From the NCBI GenBank assembly GCA_963823665.1, contig CAWGMQ010000008.1, positions 192,001 through 256,000 of the forward strand: 64,000 nucleotides of DNA, written 5' to 3'. Both the position numbers and the translations under genes were made by a program. Source of the stretch: an uncultured Planctomycetota bacterium. Lineage in GTDB: Bacteria; Planctomycetota; Planctomycetia; Isosphaerales; Isosphaeraceae. Of the stretch, positions 39,713-53,399 are shown piece after piece. A model generated the notes under the pieces. The model had not been told where the DNA came from. It did not search any database and saw nothing but the letters and a program-made list of their open reading frames with translations. Numbering within the stretch: the stretch's first letter is position 1; every line of letters starts with the position of its first letter.

Positions 39713-40031
39713 AAACATCGAAATCTACCTGCCTCTGGAATTCAACGACCGCCGCCTTATCCCGGAGTCGAATTACCTATCCATACAGCAGGAGCTGTTG
39801 AACCGTTTCGGCGGTGTAACATCGGTGCAGCGGCACTTTCCGTTGCAGGGCATCTGGAAATCCGGCACGGAAGTCTATTATGACCGGGTGGTGGTGTTCA
39901 GCGTCATGGATTTCCGGGAAGAAAAACAACTGGAGTGTTTGCGGTACCTGGAGCGGCTGAAGGGTCGCCTCAAAAAGAAACTCGACCAGCTTGAAGTCCT
40001 GATTACCGTGACGGAACTTTTGGCGATTTGA
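39696..40031 (+). CDS. 111-aa hypothetical protein
   Basis: EIYLPLEFND...ELLNRFGGVT...GIW...LKKKLDQLEVLIT, a globular-looking sequence coupled to the upstream gene. Confidence 0.75.
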   Translation: MARPIRNIEIYLPLEFNDRRLIPESNYLSIQQELLNRFGGVTSVQRHFPLQGIWKSGTEVYYDRVVVFSVMDFREEKQLECLRYLERLKGRLKKKLDQLEVLITVTELLAI

Positions 40032-40118
40032 AAATCGCCTGTCGCTCCCCGAATGGGCGCTCTAATTGGCAGAACGGAAATACCCAGCCTTCGACCATGC
40101 CGTCTGAAGTCGCGCATT

Positions 40119-40196
40119 TTCGGCGCGGGTCTCTGACCCCGCCGCGCGAGTGAACCATGTTCGGCGCGGGTCTCTGACCCCGCCGCGCGAGTGACC
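40119..40196. repeat. Two tandem REP-like units TTCGGCGCGGGTCTCTGACCCCGCCGCGCGAGTGA
   Basis: Exact copies 41 bp apart. A diverged relative lies at ~56519. Confidence 0.85.
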
Positions 40197-40364
40197 GAAG
40201 GTCTCCCGGCTTCACTTCTCCGCATGGGCCGCTCATGATTTGAGGCTGAGGACATAAGATTTGGCATTTGCTGCCGACTTCATTATGCCTACTCGCTCTG
40301 CGCTTTTGCCGCGTTCGGCCGAACGTCAAGCTGAAAGCCTGACCTACGAGCACATGGGCGATCC

Positions 40365-44808
<4,444 letters not shown>

Positions 44809-44812
<4 letters not shown>

Positions 44813-45420
44813 GATGATGCCTCGAGCGCTTGCTTGAGCGTGACCATGGCCCGGCCCCAGAGTTTGCGAACGGCATTGGGCGACCGGTCCATCCGCGCGG
44901 CGATCTCATCGACCGGAATCTGCTCAAGATTACGCAGAATGAAGACTTCGCGATAGTCTGCTGGCAGGCGGGCCAGCGCATCGGCCAGGAGAACCGCCTG
45001 CTCGCACCGGGCGGCGTGCGAGCTCGGCGAGGCAATCGAATCGGCCAGTTGCTCCTGAATCGCCAGGCTCGAGCGGTCCAGAAGCACGTCGAGTGATTCC
45101 TGGCGGCGATGATCGCGCCGTCGGGTTTTATGATGCTTGGCCTGGTTGGCCAGCGTCCGCACCAGGATCTGACGCAGCCAGGAGACGAGCTCCCGTTCTT
45201 CGCCACCAGCGAACTGAGCAAACTCCCGGTGCGCCTTCAAAAACGTTTCCTGCACCAGGTCGGACGCATCGAGCTGGACCTGAAGCGGCGGGCGGATCAG
45301 GGAGCGGGCGAGTAGCCGGAGATAATTGCGGTACAATTCCAGCAGCCGGCCTAGCGCCGCCTGGTCGCCGGCGCGAGCCCGAACCAGCATTAAACCCAGG
45401 ACCGCTACGGACTCCGTCAT
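44809..45420 (-). CDS. ECF sigma-70 factor (planctomycete kinase-associated type)
   Basis: [52 protein letters not shown] overlap with the kinase. Confidence 0.93.
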
Positions 45421-45542
45421 CGACGACCTCGGAGGATCATGCCCGCCTCGCGACGAGTTCAAATTGGTTTGAAGTCGAGTCAGGATACCAGGAATCGCGG
45501 CGCTGGGCCCGACGCGCCCGACCGCGCCCATTCCAGTCGGGC

Positions 45543-47681
45543 TCAGTGAGGCCTCTTCTTGAGTCCCAGACTTTCCAGGAAACCCGGGCTGTCAAGCACC
45601 AGCGGCGCCAGAAGCAGATTCGGCGCGCTGGCAGGAGCGGTCGCCGCCGCGGCCACCATCATTGCAGGAGCGCTGGTCACGTTGATGGCGCTCGACGTCG
45701 CACTGGTGAGTTTGCTGTTGGAGAGAGCCAGCGTGTAACCGGACCCCACCTTGTTCAGAGTCAGTCCGGTGAAGGTGACCACGCCGTTGCTCGCTGCCTC
45801 GGAGAGCGTGCCGCCCAGTTTCGCACCGGCCGGGTTGTTGGCCAGCGCCACTTTCACGGTGTTGCTGGCGGATGTCACCACGTTGCCGTACTCGTCCTCG
45901 ATCGCCGCGATCAGGCCGAAACTGGCCGTCACGACGATGCTGGCCGGGGGCTGCTCAGTGATCGCTACTTGAGTGGCCGCGGCGGGCGTCACGGTCGTGG
46001 CGCTGGTGGTTGCGCTGCTGAGCCCGCTGCTGGAGGCCTGGAGCGTATAGCCGGCGGCGGCCTTGGTCAGCGTCAATTCAGAGAAGGTGGACACGCCGTT
46101 GCTCGCGGTCGCCGAGAGCGTGCCGCCGAGTGTCGCCCCAGTCGGGTTATTCGCCAGCGCCAGCGTCACCGATGCAGTGTCGCCCGTCTCCACGTTGCCG
46201 TAGGCATCCTCGATCGATGCTTGCAGGCCGAAGCCGCTGCCGGCGGTCACGCCGGAGGGGGGCTGCGCGGTGATCGCCACTTGAGAGGGCGCCGCGGGGG
46301 TCACGCTGAGGGGGCTGGTGACGCCCCAGCCCAGGCCGCCGCCGGAGACGTAGAGCGTGAAGCCGGAGTAGACCGTGTTGATCGTCAGCCCGGAGAAGGT
46401 GGCCACGCCGTCGGACGCGGCGGCGGTCAGCGTGCCGCCGAGCGGCCAGCCGAAGGGGTTCGCCAGCGCCACCGTAACCGTTCCATTGAACGAGGAGATG
46501 AGGTTGCCCGAGCTATCCTCGGCCTCGACCGTCAGGCCGAAGGGGGTGCCCGCGGTGAGACTGGCCGGCGGCTGCTGGGTTACCACCAGTTGCGATGTGG
46601 CCAGGGTGGCCACCCCGATGGCCGCCCCGGTGCCGGCGCGCATGTCCGTAAACCAGACGTTGCCGTCGGGCCCCGTCGTGATCCCTACCGGCTCCGGGGT
46701 GCTGTAAGGGATGGGGTAGTCGGTGATCGCGTCTGTCGTCGGGTTGATCATCCCGATCATCCCGGCCGCTCCGCCGAGCTCCGTGAACCAGAGGTTGCCA
46801 TCTGGGCCCGACGTGATTGTCGTGGCACTGGGTTGGGGGAGGGGGATGGTGAAATCGGTGATGGCGTCGGTCGTCGGGTTGATTTCACCGATCGCCTCGG
46901 TACTCTCCTGAGTGAACCAGAGGTTGCCGTTGGAGCCCGACGTGATCCACATGAAACTGGGATCGGCGGGGATGGCGACCGCGCTGATGGCGTGAGTGAT
47001 CGGGCTGATACTACAGATGTATCCGGTGCCGGTGGTGGACGCCCGGGTGGTGAACCAAAGATTGCCGTCCGGGCCTGCCGTGATGTCCCATCCGTTCCCA
47101 AGGGTCGATGGGAGGGGATACTCGGTGATGGCGTGGGTGGTCGGGTTGATTTCACCGACCTCGTTACCGAATTCCTCGGAGAACCAGAGATTGCCGTCGG
47201 AGCCGACCGTGATTCCGCGTGGAAACGCGGAATTGTCTTCGGCGCCTTTAACCTTGGGGAGTGCGAATTCAGTGATGGCGTGGGTGGTCGGGTTGATCAT
47301 CCCGATCTTGTTGGCTTCCGACTCGGTGAACCACAGATTGCCGTCGGGGCCTGTCACGATCGCATCAGGAGAAGCAAGGGCACTGGAGAGCGCATACGAA
47401 GAGACGGCATGAGTGGTCGTGTTCATCATCCCGATCGCAGCGACGTCGTAAGTCCCGAAACCCGACTCGGTGAACCAGAGGTTGCCGTCGGGGCCCGTCG
47501 TGATCGCACCGAGTGCGTACGCGGGGGGTGTAGGGAGAGTAAACTCGGTGATGGCGGAGGTCCCCGACAGCAGGCACCGATCTTCCAGCCCTTCGATCCT
47601 CAATAGGCGTCGCCGGTTGCGGTGTTGATTCCCGGCTCGGCAGGTTGAATGACGGTTCAAAGTAGAGAGTCGAAACAGCAT
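45543..47681 (-). CDS. Extracellular protein with Vgb-lyase-like beta-propeller repeats and Ig-like repeats
   Basis: RRRLLRIEGLEDRCLLS export motif, about seven ITxGPDGNLWFT repeats, and three QPPxxVTAGxxFGL modules. Confidence 0.88.
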   Translation of the reverse strand: MLFRLSTLNRHSTCRAGNQHRNRRRLLRIEGLEDRCLLSGTSAITEFTLPTPPAYALGAITTGPDGNLWFTESGFGTYDVAAIGMMNTTTHAVSSYALSSALASPDAIVTGPDGNLWFTESEANKIGMINPTTHAITEFALPKVKGAEDNSAFPRGITVGSDGNLWFSEEFGNEVGEINPTTHAITEYPLPSTLGNGWDITAGPDGNLWFTTRASTTGTGYICSISPITHAISAVAIPADPSFMWITSGSNGNLWFTQESTEAIGEINPTTDAITDFTIPLPQPSATTITSGPDGNLWFTELGGAAGMIGMINPTTDAITDYPIPYSTPEPVGITTGPDGNVWFTDMRAGTGAAIGVATLATSQLVVTQQPPASLTAGTPFGLTVEAEDSSGNLISSFNGTVTVALANPFGWPLGGTLTAAASDGVATFSGLTINTVYSGFTLYVSGGGLGWGVTSPLSVTPAAPSQVAITAQPPSGVTAGSGFGLQASIEDAYGNVETGDTASVTLALANNPTGATLGGTLSATASNGVSTFSELTLTKAAAGYTLQASSSGLSSATTSATTVTPAAATQVAITEQPPASIVVTASFGLIAAIEDEYGNVVTSASNTVKVALANNPAGAKLGGTLSEAASNGVVTFTGLTLNKVGSGYTLALSNSKLTSATSSAINVTSAPAMMVAAAATAPASAPNLLLAPLVLDSPGFLESLGLKKRPH

Positions 47682-47694
47682 CGGTGAAACTCCT

Positions 47695-50600
47695 TCAAAG
47701 TTGGATCGTTCGCGCCAGTGTAGTGAGCCTCTTCTGTGTCAGCGTCGTCGTCGGCCCCGTGTTGGACGCAAAGTCCGCATCGCCGCCGAAGACGATCTTG
47801 ACGGGTTTGTTTAGCACTTTGCTGGGGTTCAACGTCAGCGTGGCCGACCCGCCACGGAGCGTGGCGATGCCCAGCACTTTCTCCTCGGCCTTTTTCTTCG
47901 ACTTCACCTGGACCTCGAAAGTCACCGTACCGGTTGGCACGCCGGAGCCCGGAGAGATCGGCCCGACTTCCGCCTCCAGCCCAAGCGACACGAGCTTCTT
48001 CCTCTTGAAGCGCGGAAGTGGGATCATCACGACCTGCGTGGCAGCCCTGGCAACCGTGAAGCTGGCCGGGGCCGCGGTACTGGGAGCGTAGTCAACGCTA
48101 CCGGCGAAGCCGGCGACAACGGTGTAGGTGCCGGCCTGGCTGGGCGCCCCCGCGAGAGGCGAGCCGGTCGCCGAGCTCCCGGCATAGTAGGTCAGAGTGG
48201 GCGCGACGCTCTCGAGGCTCGATGAGGTGATCCCGCCGACGCCCGTGACCGTCGCAGTGCCGGGGAAGGCCTTTCCGGTGAAAGTCCCTCCAGCGTCCGC
48301 GACGTTCACCGTTGGCCTGGCTCGGCTGACGGTCAGCGTGCCGGTGGTGCTGGTAGACGCATAAGTTCCGTCGCCGGCGTAAGAGTAACGGATCGTGTAA
48401 GGCGAGCCGGCGACGCCGAGTGCGCCAGTGTCAAACGTGGTGGAGAACGCGCCGCCGGTACCAATCGGGGCTGAATGCGTGGTGCCGTCGAGCATGACCT
48501 TGACGCTCTCGGTATCCGGCGGGGCCTGATTGCCGCTCGCCAGGGTGCCGGAGAGCGTGACGCTCGCCGCCCCGTAGGTGATGGTCGGGCTGGTCAGGCC
48601 AGTGAATGAGAGGATGATGGTCTGGGGCGCTTGAGTCTGGTACGCGCCGATATCGGGGGTCGAGTCGAGCGGCTGGCCGCGCTGATCGGTGGTGATCGGG
48701 GTGGTCGAGCCCGGGTAATCGGCCGTGGTGCCGGCGTGGATTGCTGGGCTGCCGGGCACGAGGGTCATCGTCTCGGTCGGACCGCCGTTACTGGCGAGTG
48801 CGGCCAGGCCGGGGTCAGCGACATTGAGCAGATTATTGTCGGCGGAATCAAGACCTCCCGAACCGCCGGTGCCGATCAGGTTGAAGCTACCCGTAGCGCC
48901 GCTGACGGCGCCGTTCCCGCCGATATCGCTGGCCGAGCCACCAGTGCCCACGTTGCCGGCGACGATGGTGTCTGTTAAGGCGACCGTCGCGCTCGCTAGC
49001 TGCCCGCCGTAGACGTAGACACCCCCGCCGCTGGTACTGGCGGTGTTCCCGCTAACTGTGCAGGCGGAAAGTGACGTCGCGCCATCATATTCGTTGTAAA
49101 GCCCGCCACCCACGGACGCCGTGTTGCCGCTGATCGTGCAATTGATCAGCGTTGCTTTACCCTGGTAGGTTCCCAGGAAACCGGCGTTGAACAGCCCGCC
49201 GCCGCTGCCAGCGGCGGAATTGTCGCTGATCGTGCAAAAAGTAAGCGTCGTCACGCTCTCATAGCTCCATACCCCACCGCCACCACCAGCCATGTTACCG
49301 CTGATCGTGCAGTCCGTGAGCGTCGCGGTACCGGGTCTGCCCGCGAGACCCATGTTCGAGAGCCCGCCGCCTACGTCACCGCTGGCGTTGTTTGAAATCG
49401 TGCAGCCAGTGAGCGAAACTGTCCCGCTGTTGCCCAGCCCGCCGCCCTTATTGTCGCTGATCGCGCAACCGGTCAGCGTGGCAGTGCCCTCATTCGACAC
49501 GCCGCCGCTGAAGGTCGAGGCGTTGCCGGTGATCGTGCAGTCGACGAGCGTCGCCGTGCCCGAGTTCGTGAGGCTGGCGACACGATCTGTAGCCGAGCCG
49601 CCGCCGCTGATCACGCAGTCGCTCAGCATGACCGTACCCTGGTTATTCAAACCGCCCGAACCGCCGTCCGTGATCGTCAAGCCCGAGAGCGAAGCCGTCA
49701 CGCCCTTGTCCACTAGGAACACGAGCGCCGGGCCGCTGGAGTTGTTGCCGTTGACTGAGAGGAGGCTTGCGCCCGGACCGTCGATCGCGATCGCGTTGGA
49801 GGTGTTGCTCAGCTCCAGTTGCCCGTTCAATAGCGTGATCGTGGCGGGCGTGCTGGCGAGCTCAAAGTCGATTGTGCTGGGTGACGAGGTCGCGTTGGCC
49901 TGCGCGACGGCCCAGCGCAGAGTGCCGGCACTCCCATCGTCGGCCGTGCTGGTGACGTCGAAGGTCGTGACGCCGGGTGCCTGGGTCTGGAACGCGCCGA
50001 TGTCGGGCGGCGAGTCGATGGGCAGGCCCCGCTGGTCCGCGGTGACGCCACTTATGGACGTTCCCGCGCCGATGGCCGGGCTGCCTGGCAGCAGTGCGAT
50101 GGTCTGGGTCGGCCCGCCGTTACTGGCCAGTGAAGCCAGGCCGGGGTCAGCGACGTTGAGCAGATTATTGTCGGCTGAATCAAGCCCTCCCGAGCCGCCG
50201 GTGCCGACTACGTTGAAGGTGCCAGTGACGCCCTTGGCAGCGCCGTTCCCGCTCCCGCCGATGTCGCTGGCGGGGCCGCCGGTGCCCGTGTTGCCGGCGA
50301 CGATGGTGTCTGTCAACGCGGCCGTCGTGCTGTCGACCTGTCCGGCGTAGTTGTAGACGTAGATACCACCCTCGCTGCCACTGGCGATGTTGCCGCTAAC
50401 TGTGCAGGCGGAAAGCGTCGTCGCGCCAAGTGCGCAGAGGAGCCCGCCACCCGCGTCACCCGCAGAATTGCCGCTGATCGTGCAATCGATGAGCGCCGCC
50501 GCGCCGCCGAGGCTCAGCCCACCGCCGTCGCCTTTGGCCGAGTTATCGGTGATCGTGCAGTTGTTAAGGGATAGCGTGCCTTGGTTGTAGTTTAGTATGC

Positions 50601-51315
50601 CACCCCCGTCGACCGCAGAATTGCCGCTGATCGTGCAGCCGATGAGCGTGGCCGTGCCGCGGTTGGCCAAGCCGCCGCCGGCGCCGCCGAGAGCGGTGGA
50701 GTTGCCGCTGATTGTGCAGTCGGTGAGACTCAACGTGCCGGGATTCTTCAGGCCGGCGCCATCATCGGTGGCCGAGTTGCTGCTGATCGCGCAGCCGTAC
50801 AGCTTTGCGGTACCCTGATTGTATAAACCGCCGCCGGAACCCCCCGTGATCGTCAGGCCCGAGACCGAGGCCGTCACGCCTTTGTCCACCTCGAGCACTC
50901 GACTGGCGTCGTTACCGCTGATGCTCAACAGGCTCGCGCCAGGGCCATCGATCGTAATCGCGGCGGTGGTGTTGCTCAGCTCCAGTTGCCCTTGGGTCAG
51001 CGTGATCGTCGCGGGCGTCCTGGCGAGCTCAAAGTCGATCGTGCTGGGTGACGAGACGGCGTTGGCCTGCGCGATGGCCCAGGGCAGGGTTCCAGCGCTG
51101 CCGTCGTCGGCTGTGCTGGTGACGTCGAAGGTCGACAGGAGCTGGCGGTTTTCCAGCGGCAACAGGTCGGGCAGAAGACGCCGCGCCATTCGTCGGCGCG
51201 CGTTCTGACGGCCGGCGGTCCGAGTTCGCTGTATTACCCCCTCCAACGTCGCTGCGAACCTAAAACCCATCGGCAACCGCCACACGCCGCTTGCTTGGCT
51301 TGCCCAGCTCGACAT
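47695..51315 (-). CDS. Large extracellular adhesin-like protein (parallel beta-helix, choice-of-anchor-Q-like, Ig-like)
   Basis: LLPLENRQLLS motif, many CTISGNxA..GGGL repeats, two LASNGGPT.T..L.PGSPAI...DQRG...DIGA modules. Confidence 0.88.
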   Translation of the reverse strand: MSSWASQASGVWRLPMGFRFAATLEGVIQRTRTAGRQNARRRMARRLLPDLLPLENRQLLSTFDVTSTADDGSAGTLPWAIAQANAVSSPSTIDFELARTPATITLTQGQLELSNTTAAITIDGPGASLLSISGNDASRVLEVDKGVTASVSGLTITGGSGGGLYNQGTAKLYGCAISSNSATDDGAGLKNPGTLSLTDCTISGNSTALGGAGGGLANRGTATLIGCTISGNSAVDGGGILNYNQGTLSLNNCTITDNSAKGDGGGLSLGGAAALIDCTISGNSAGDAGGGLLCALGATTLSACTVSGNIASGSEGGIYVYNYAGQVDSTTAALTDTIVAGNTGTGGPASDIGGSGNGAAKGVTGTFNVVGTGGSGGLDSADNNLLNVADPGLASLASNGGPTQTIALLPGSPAIGAGTSISGVTADQRGLPIDSPPDIGAFQTQAPGVTTFDVTSTADDGSAGTLRWAVAQANATSSPSTIDFELASTPATITLLNGQLELSNTSNAIAIDGPGASLLSVNGNNSSGPALVFLVDKGVTASLSGLTITDGGSGGLNNQGTVMLSDCVISGGGSATDRVASLTNSGTATLVDCTITGNASTFSGGVSNEGTATLTGCAISDNKGGGLGNSGTVSLTGCTISNNASGDVGGGLSNMGLAGRPGTATLTDCTISGNMAGGGGGVWSYESVTTLTFCTISDNSAAGSGGGLFNAGFLGTYQGKATLINCTISGNTASVGGGLYNEYDGATSLSACTVSGNTASTSGGGVYVYGGQLASATVALTDTIVAGNVGTGGSASDIGGNGAVSGATGSFNLIGTGGSGGLDSADNNLLNVADPGLAALASNGGPTETMTLVPGSPAIHAGTTADYPGSTTPITTDQRGQPLDSTPDIGAYQTQAPQTIILSFTGLTSPTITYGAASVTLSGTLASGNQAPPDTESVKVMLDGTTHSAPIGTGGAFSTTFDTGALGVAGSPYTIRYSYAGDGTYASTSTTGTLTVSRARPTVNVADAGGTFTGKAFPGTATVTGVGGITSSSLESVAPTLTYYAGSSATGSPLAGAPSQAGTYTVVAGFAGSVDYAPSTAAPASFTVARAATQVVMIPLPRFKRKKLVSLGLEAEVGPISPGSGVPTGTVTFEVQVKSKKKAEEKVLGIATLRGGSATLTLNPSKVLNKPVKIVFGGDADFASNTGPTTTLTQKRLTTLARTIQL

Positions 51316-51608
51316 CGCCCACCCCCTTTGCTCACTGGAGTTGATTCGGCTGAGGAATTGACACCAGGATCCAGACCGGATCGGCGATGTCCCGGATCGG
51401 TGTCCTCCCAAGCTAAAGACAACAATTCGGGGCTTCTTGAGCCGCGCTGGGGATGGGTTTTTGGGGAATTGGTCAGTTGGCCATTGTGAGGCGGCAGCGG
51501 TCAGTTGCAGAAATCAACGGTTGCGCAGCGTTCAGCGCGGCGGCCGATTCTCCAGGCATGGAGGTTCCGTTGGATTTGACGCGGAAATGTGCGGGTGTTT
51601 CAGCGAAT

Positions 51609-51633
51609 CGTCAGGCTGAAAGCCTGACCTACG
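51609..51633. repeat. REP-like palindrome CGTCAGGCTGAAAGCCTGACCTACG
   Basis: Related copies at ~40324-40348 and ~58014-58035. Confidence 0.8.
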
Positions 51634-51945
51634 TACGAATAACCTCGCGCATCCAAGCGGACCGCCTGGCACAATGCTGGCACAATGGATGTACTTACTT
51701 CCGCCTTCCCACCCCATCGTGTCTGGACGACGTCCCAATGTCCGATCTGGTCTAGCCCGAAACAGTTGCAGCTAACGGCAACGCCCACCTTGAGCTCTTC
51801 ATGACCGTGGTCCGCCCGGCGGCCCGCTCGCCTGGCCGCTTTGCTCGCTTCCTGTCCCGGTCCGGCGCCGAACACGATTTCGTCTCAGCGTCGCCCGCGG
51901 TATACTTCTGGAGGTAAGTCCGGGTTCCGTCCAGGAGCAACCGCC

Positions 51946-52158
51946 ATGACCTTGACCATCGAAGCCATCTACGAAAACGGCGTGCTCAAGCCCGCCCAGC
52001 CGCTGCCGCTGAAGGAACGCGAAAAGGTGCGCATCACTGTGGAGCCGGCGGTGACCCACGTACGCCGATCCGCTGGTCTGATCGGCTGGACCGGCAGCCA
52101 GGAAGACGCCGACTTCGTCGCCCTGAGCCCCGATCTCGAGCCGCAGGAAGACCCATGA
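51946..52158 (+). CDS. DUF104 (AF2212-like) antitoxin
   Basis: MTLTIEAIYENGVLKPAQPLPLKEREKVRITV. TATACT at 51901 and AGGAG ribosome-binding site. Confidence 0.9.
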   Translation: MTLTIEAIYENGVLKPAQPLPLKEREKVRITVEPAVTHVRRSAGLIGWTGSQEDADFVALSPDLEPQEDP

Positions 52159-52655
52159 TCTATGCCGACTTGCCCGCCGGCGGGACGGTCTTTCTGGACG
52201 CCAGCGTATTCATCCACCACTTCGAGCCGAATGCCCTGTATGGTCCACCCGCCACCGAATTCCTCGAGCGTGTCGAAAACCAAGAAATCTTCGGCGTCAC
52301 AACCACGCACGTCCTCAGTGAGGTGGCTCATCCGCTGATGACGATCGAAGCCACGCAGGCGTTCGGCTGGTCGCGCGCGGGCATCGCCGTGCGGCTTCGG
52401 AATCATCCGGCCCAGGTGCAAACGCTGACGCGATTCCGTCACGCCATTCAGCAGATTCCCCTGTTCGCCGTGCGAATTCTCTCGATCGACCCTTCCTTGG
52501 CGGATCTCGCCGCCGAAGCAAGTCAACAAACCGGGCTTTTGCATAATGATGCGTTGATCATTGCAGCGATGCGTATCCACGGACTTGCCAACCTTGCCAG
52601 CGCCGATTCGGATTTCGACCGCGTCCCGGGAATCACGAGGTACGGACCTTTGTGA
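52155..52655 (+). CDS. PIN-domain (VapC-like) toxin
   Basis: VFLDASVF, VLSEV, LHNDALIIA, ASADSDFDRV. ATGA overlap with the antitoxin. Confidence 0.92.
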   Translation: MIYADLPAGGTVFLDASVFIHHFEPNALYGPPATEFLERVENQEIFGVTTTHVLSEVAHPLMTIEATQAFGWSRAGIAVRLRNHPAQVQTLTRFRHAIQQIPLFAVRILSIDPSLADLAAEASQQTGLLHNDALIIAAMRIHGLANLASADSDFDRVPGITRYGPL

Positions 52656-52934
52656 CATGGCCGCCTGCGGCACGACGATTTCCGGCCAGTGCGCCGCGGG
52701 CTCAGGAGAAAGACAACATCGCGACACAAATGAGCCGCGGCTGGGATGGGTATTTTGCAAATTTGGTCCGCGGTCAGTGGTTCGTGGTTCGTTGCAGAAC
52801 TGAACCAACGCCCAGCGTGACGCACCCAACGACCAATGACGGATGACAACCATCTCGCATCCACAAGGCCCGCCTGGCACAATGGAAGCTCCTACTTCCG
52901 CCTTCCCAGCCTGTCGTGTCTGGACGACGTCGCA

Positions 52935-53378
52935 ATGTCCGATCTGGTCGAGCCCGAAACACTTGCAGCGAACGGCAACGGTCGCCTCGAGCTCTTCATG
53001 ACCGTGGTCCGCCTGACGGATTGGTCGAGCACCGTTCCCTGGTACATCAACACGCTCGGCATGGCGCCAATCTTGATCGACGCCGAGCGCGAATTCGCGC
53101 TCCTGGCCGCTGGCGACAGCCGGCTGGGGTTCAAAGGCCTCAAATCGGACTGCACCGCACACGAGCGCACCAAGGTCCGTTTCGTCTTTCAGGTCGCTGA
53201 CGTTGACCACGAGCGCCACCGGCTCATGTCCAGGGGCATCGTCGTGAGCGCACCCTTCGATAATCGCGAAGAGGGCTTTCGCGAAGTGCGCCTCCACGAC
53301 CCCGAAGGCAACAGCTTGACACTCTTCGCCTGGATCGACCCCAGCCACGAAGGACGCTTCTCCCGCGGCCGGCAGTGA
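52935..53378 (+). CDS. VOC (glyoxalase/bleomycin resistance) family protein
   Basis: WYINTLG, FQVADVD, LHDPEGNSL. Confidence 0.88.
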   Translation: MSDLVEPETLAANGNGRLELFMTVVRLTDWSSTVPWYINTLGMAPILIDAEREFALLAAGDSRLGFKGLKSDCTAHERTKVRFVFQVADVDHERHRLMSRGIVVSAPFDNREEGFREVRLHDPEGNSLTLFAWIDPSHEGRFSRGRQ

Positions 53379-53399
53379 GCCATTGATCTTCGGAGAGCC

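Larger units (their letters stand above)
51415..53013. repeat. Imperfect direct duplication (~51415-51816 and ~52709-53013) flanking a toxin-antitoxin module
   Basis: Shared AAAGACAACA...GAGCCGCG..GGGATGGGT and a ~160-bp block CCGCCTGGCACAATG...GAGCTCTTCATGACCGTGGTCCGCC. Confidence 0.87.

Noticed and set aside
45093..47606. 837-aa plus-strand ORF and other long antisense ORFs (25606..27393, 31507..32823, 36764..38146, 51969..53348)
   Set aside because: They are shadows of well-supported genes on the opposite strand in high-GC DNA and have no recognisable motifs.
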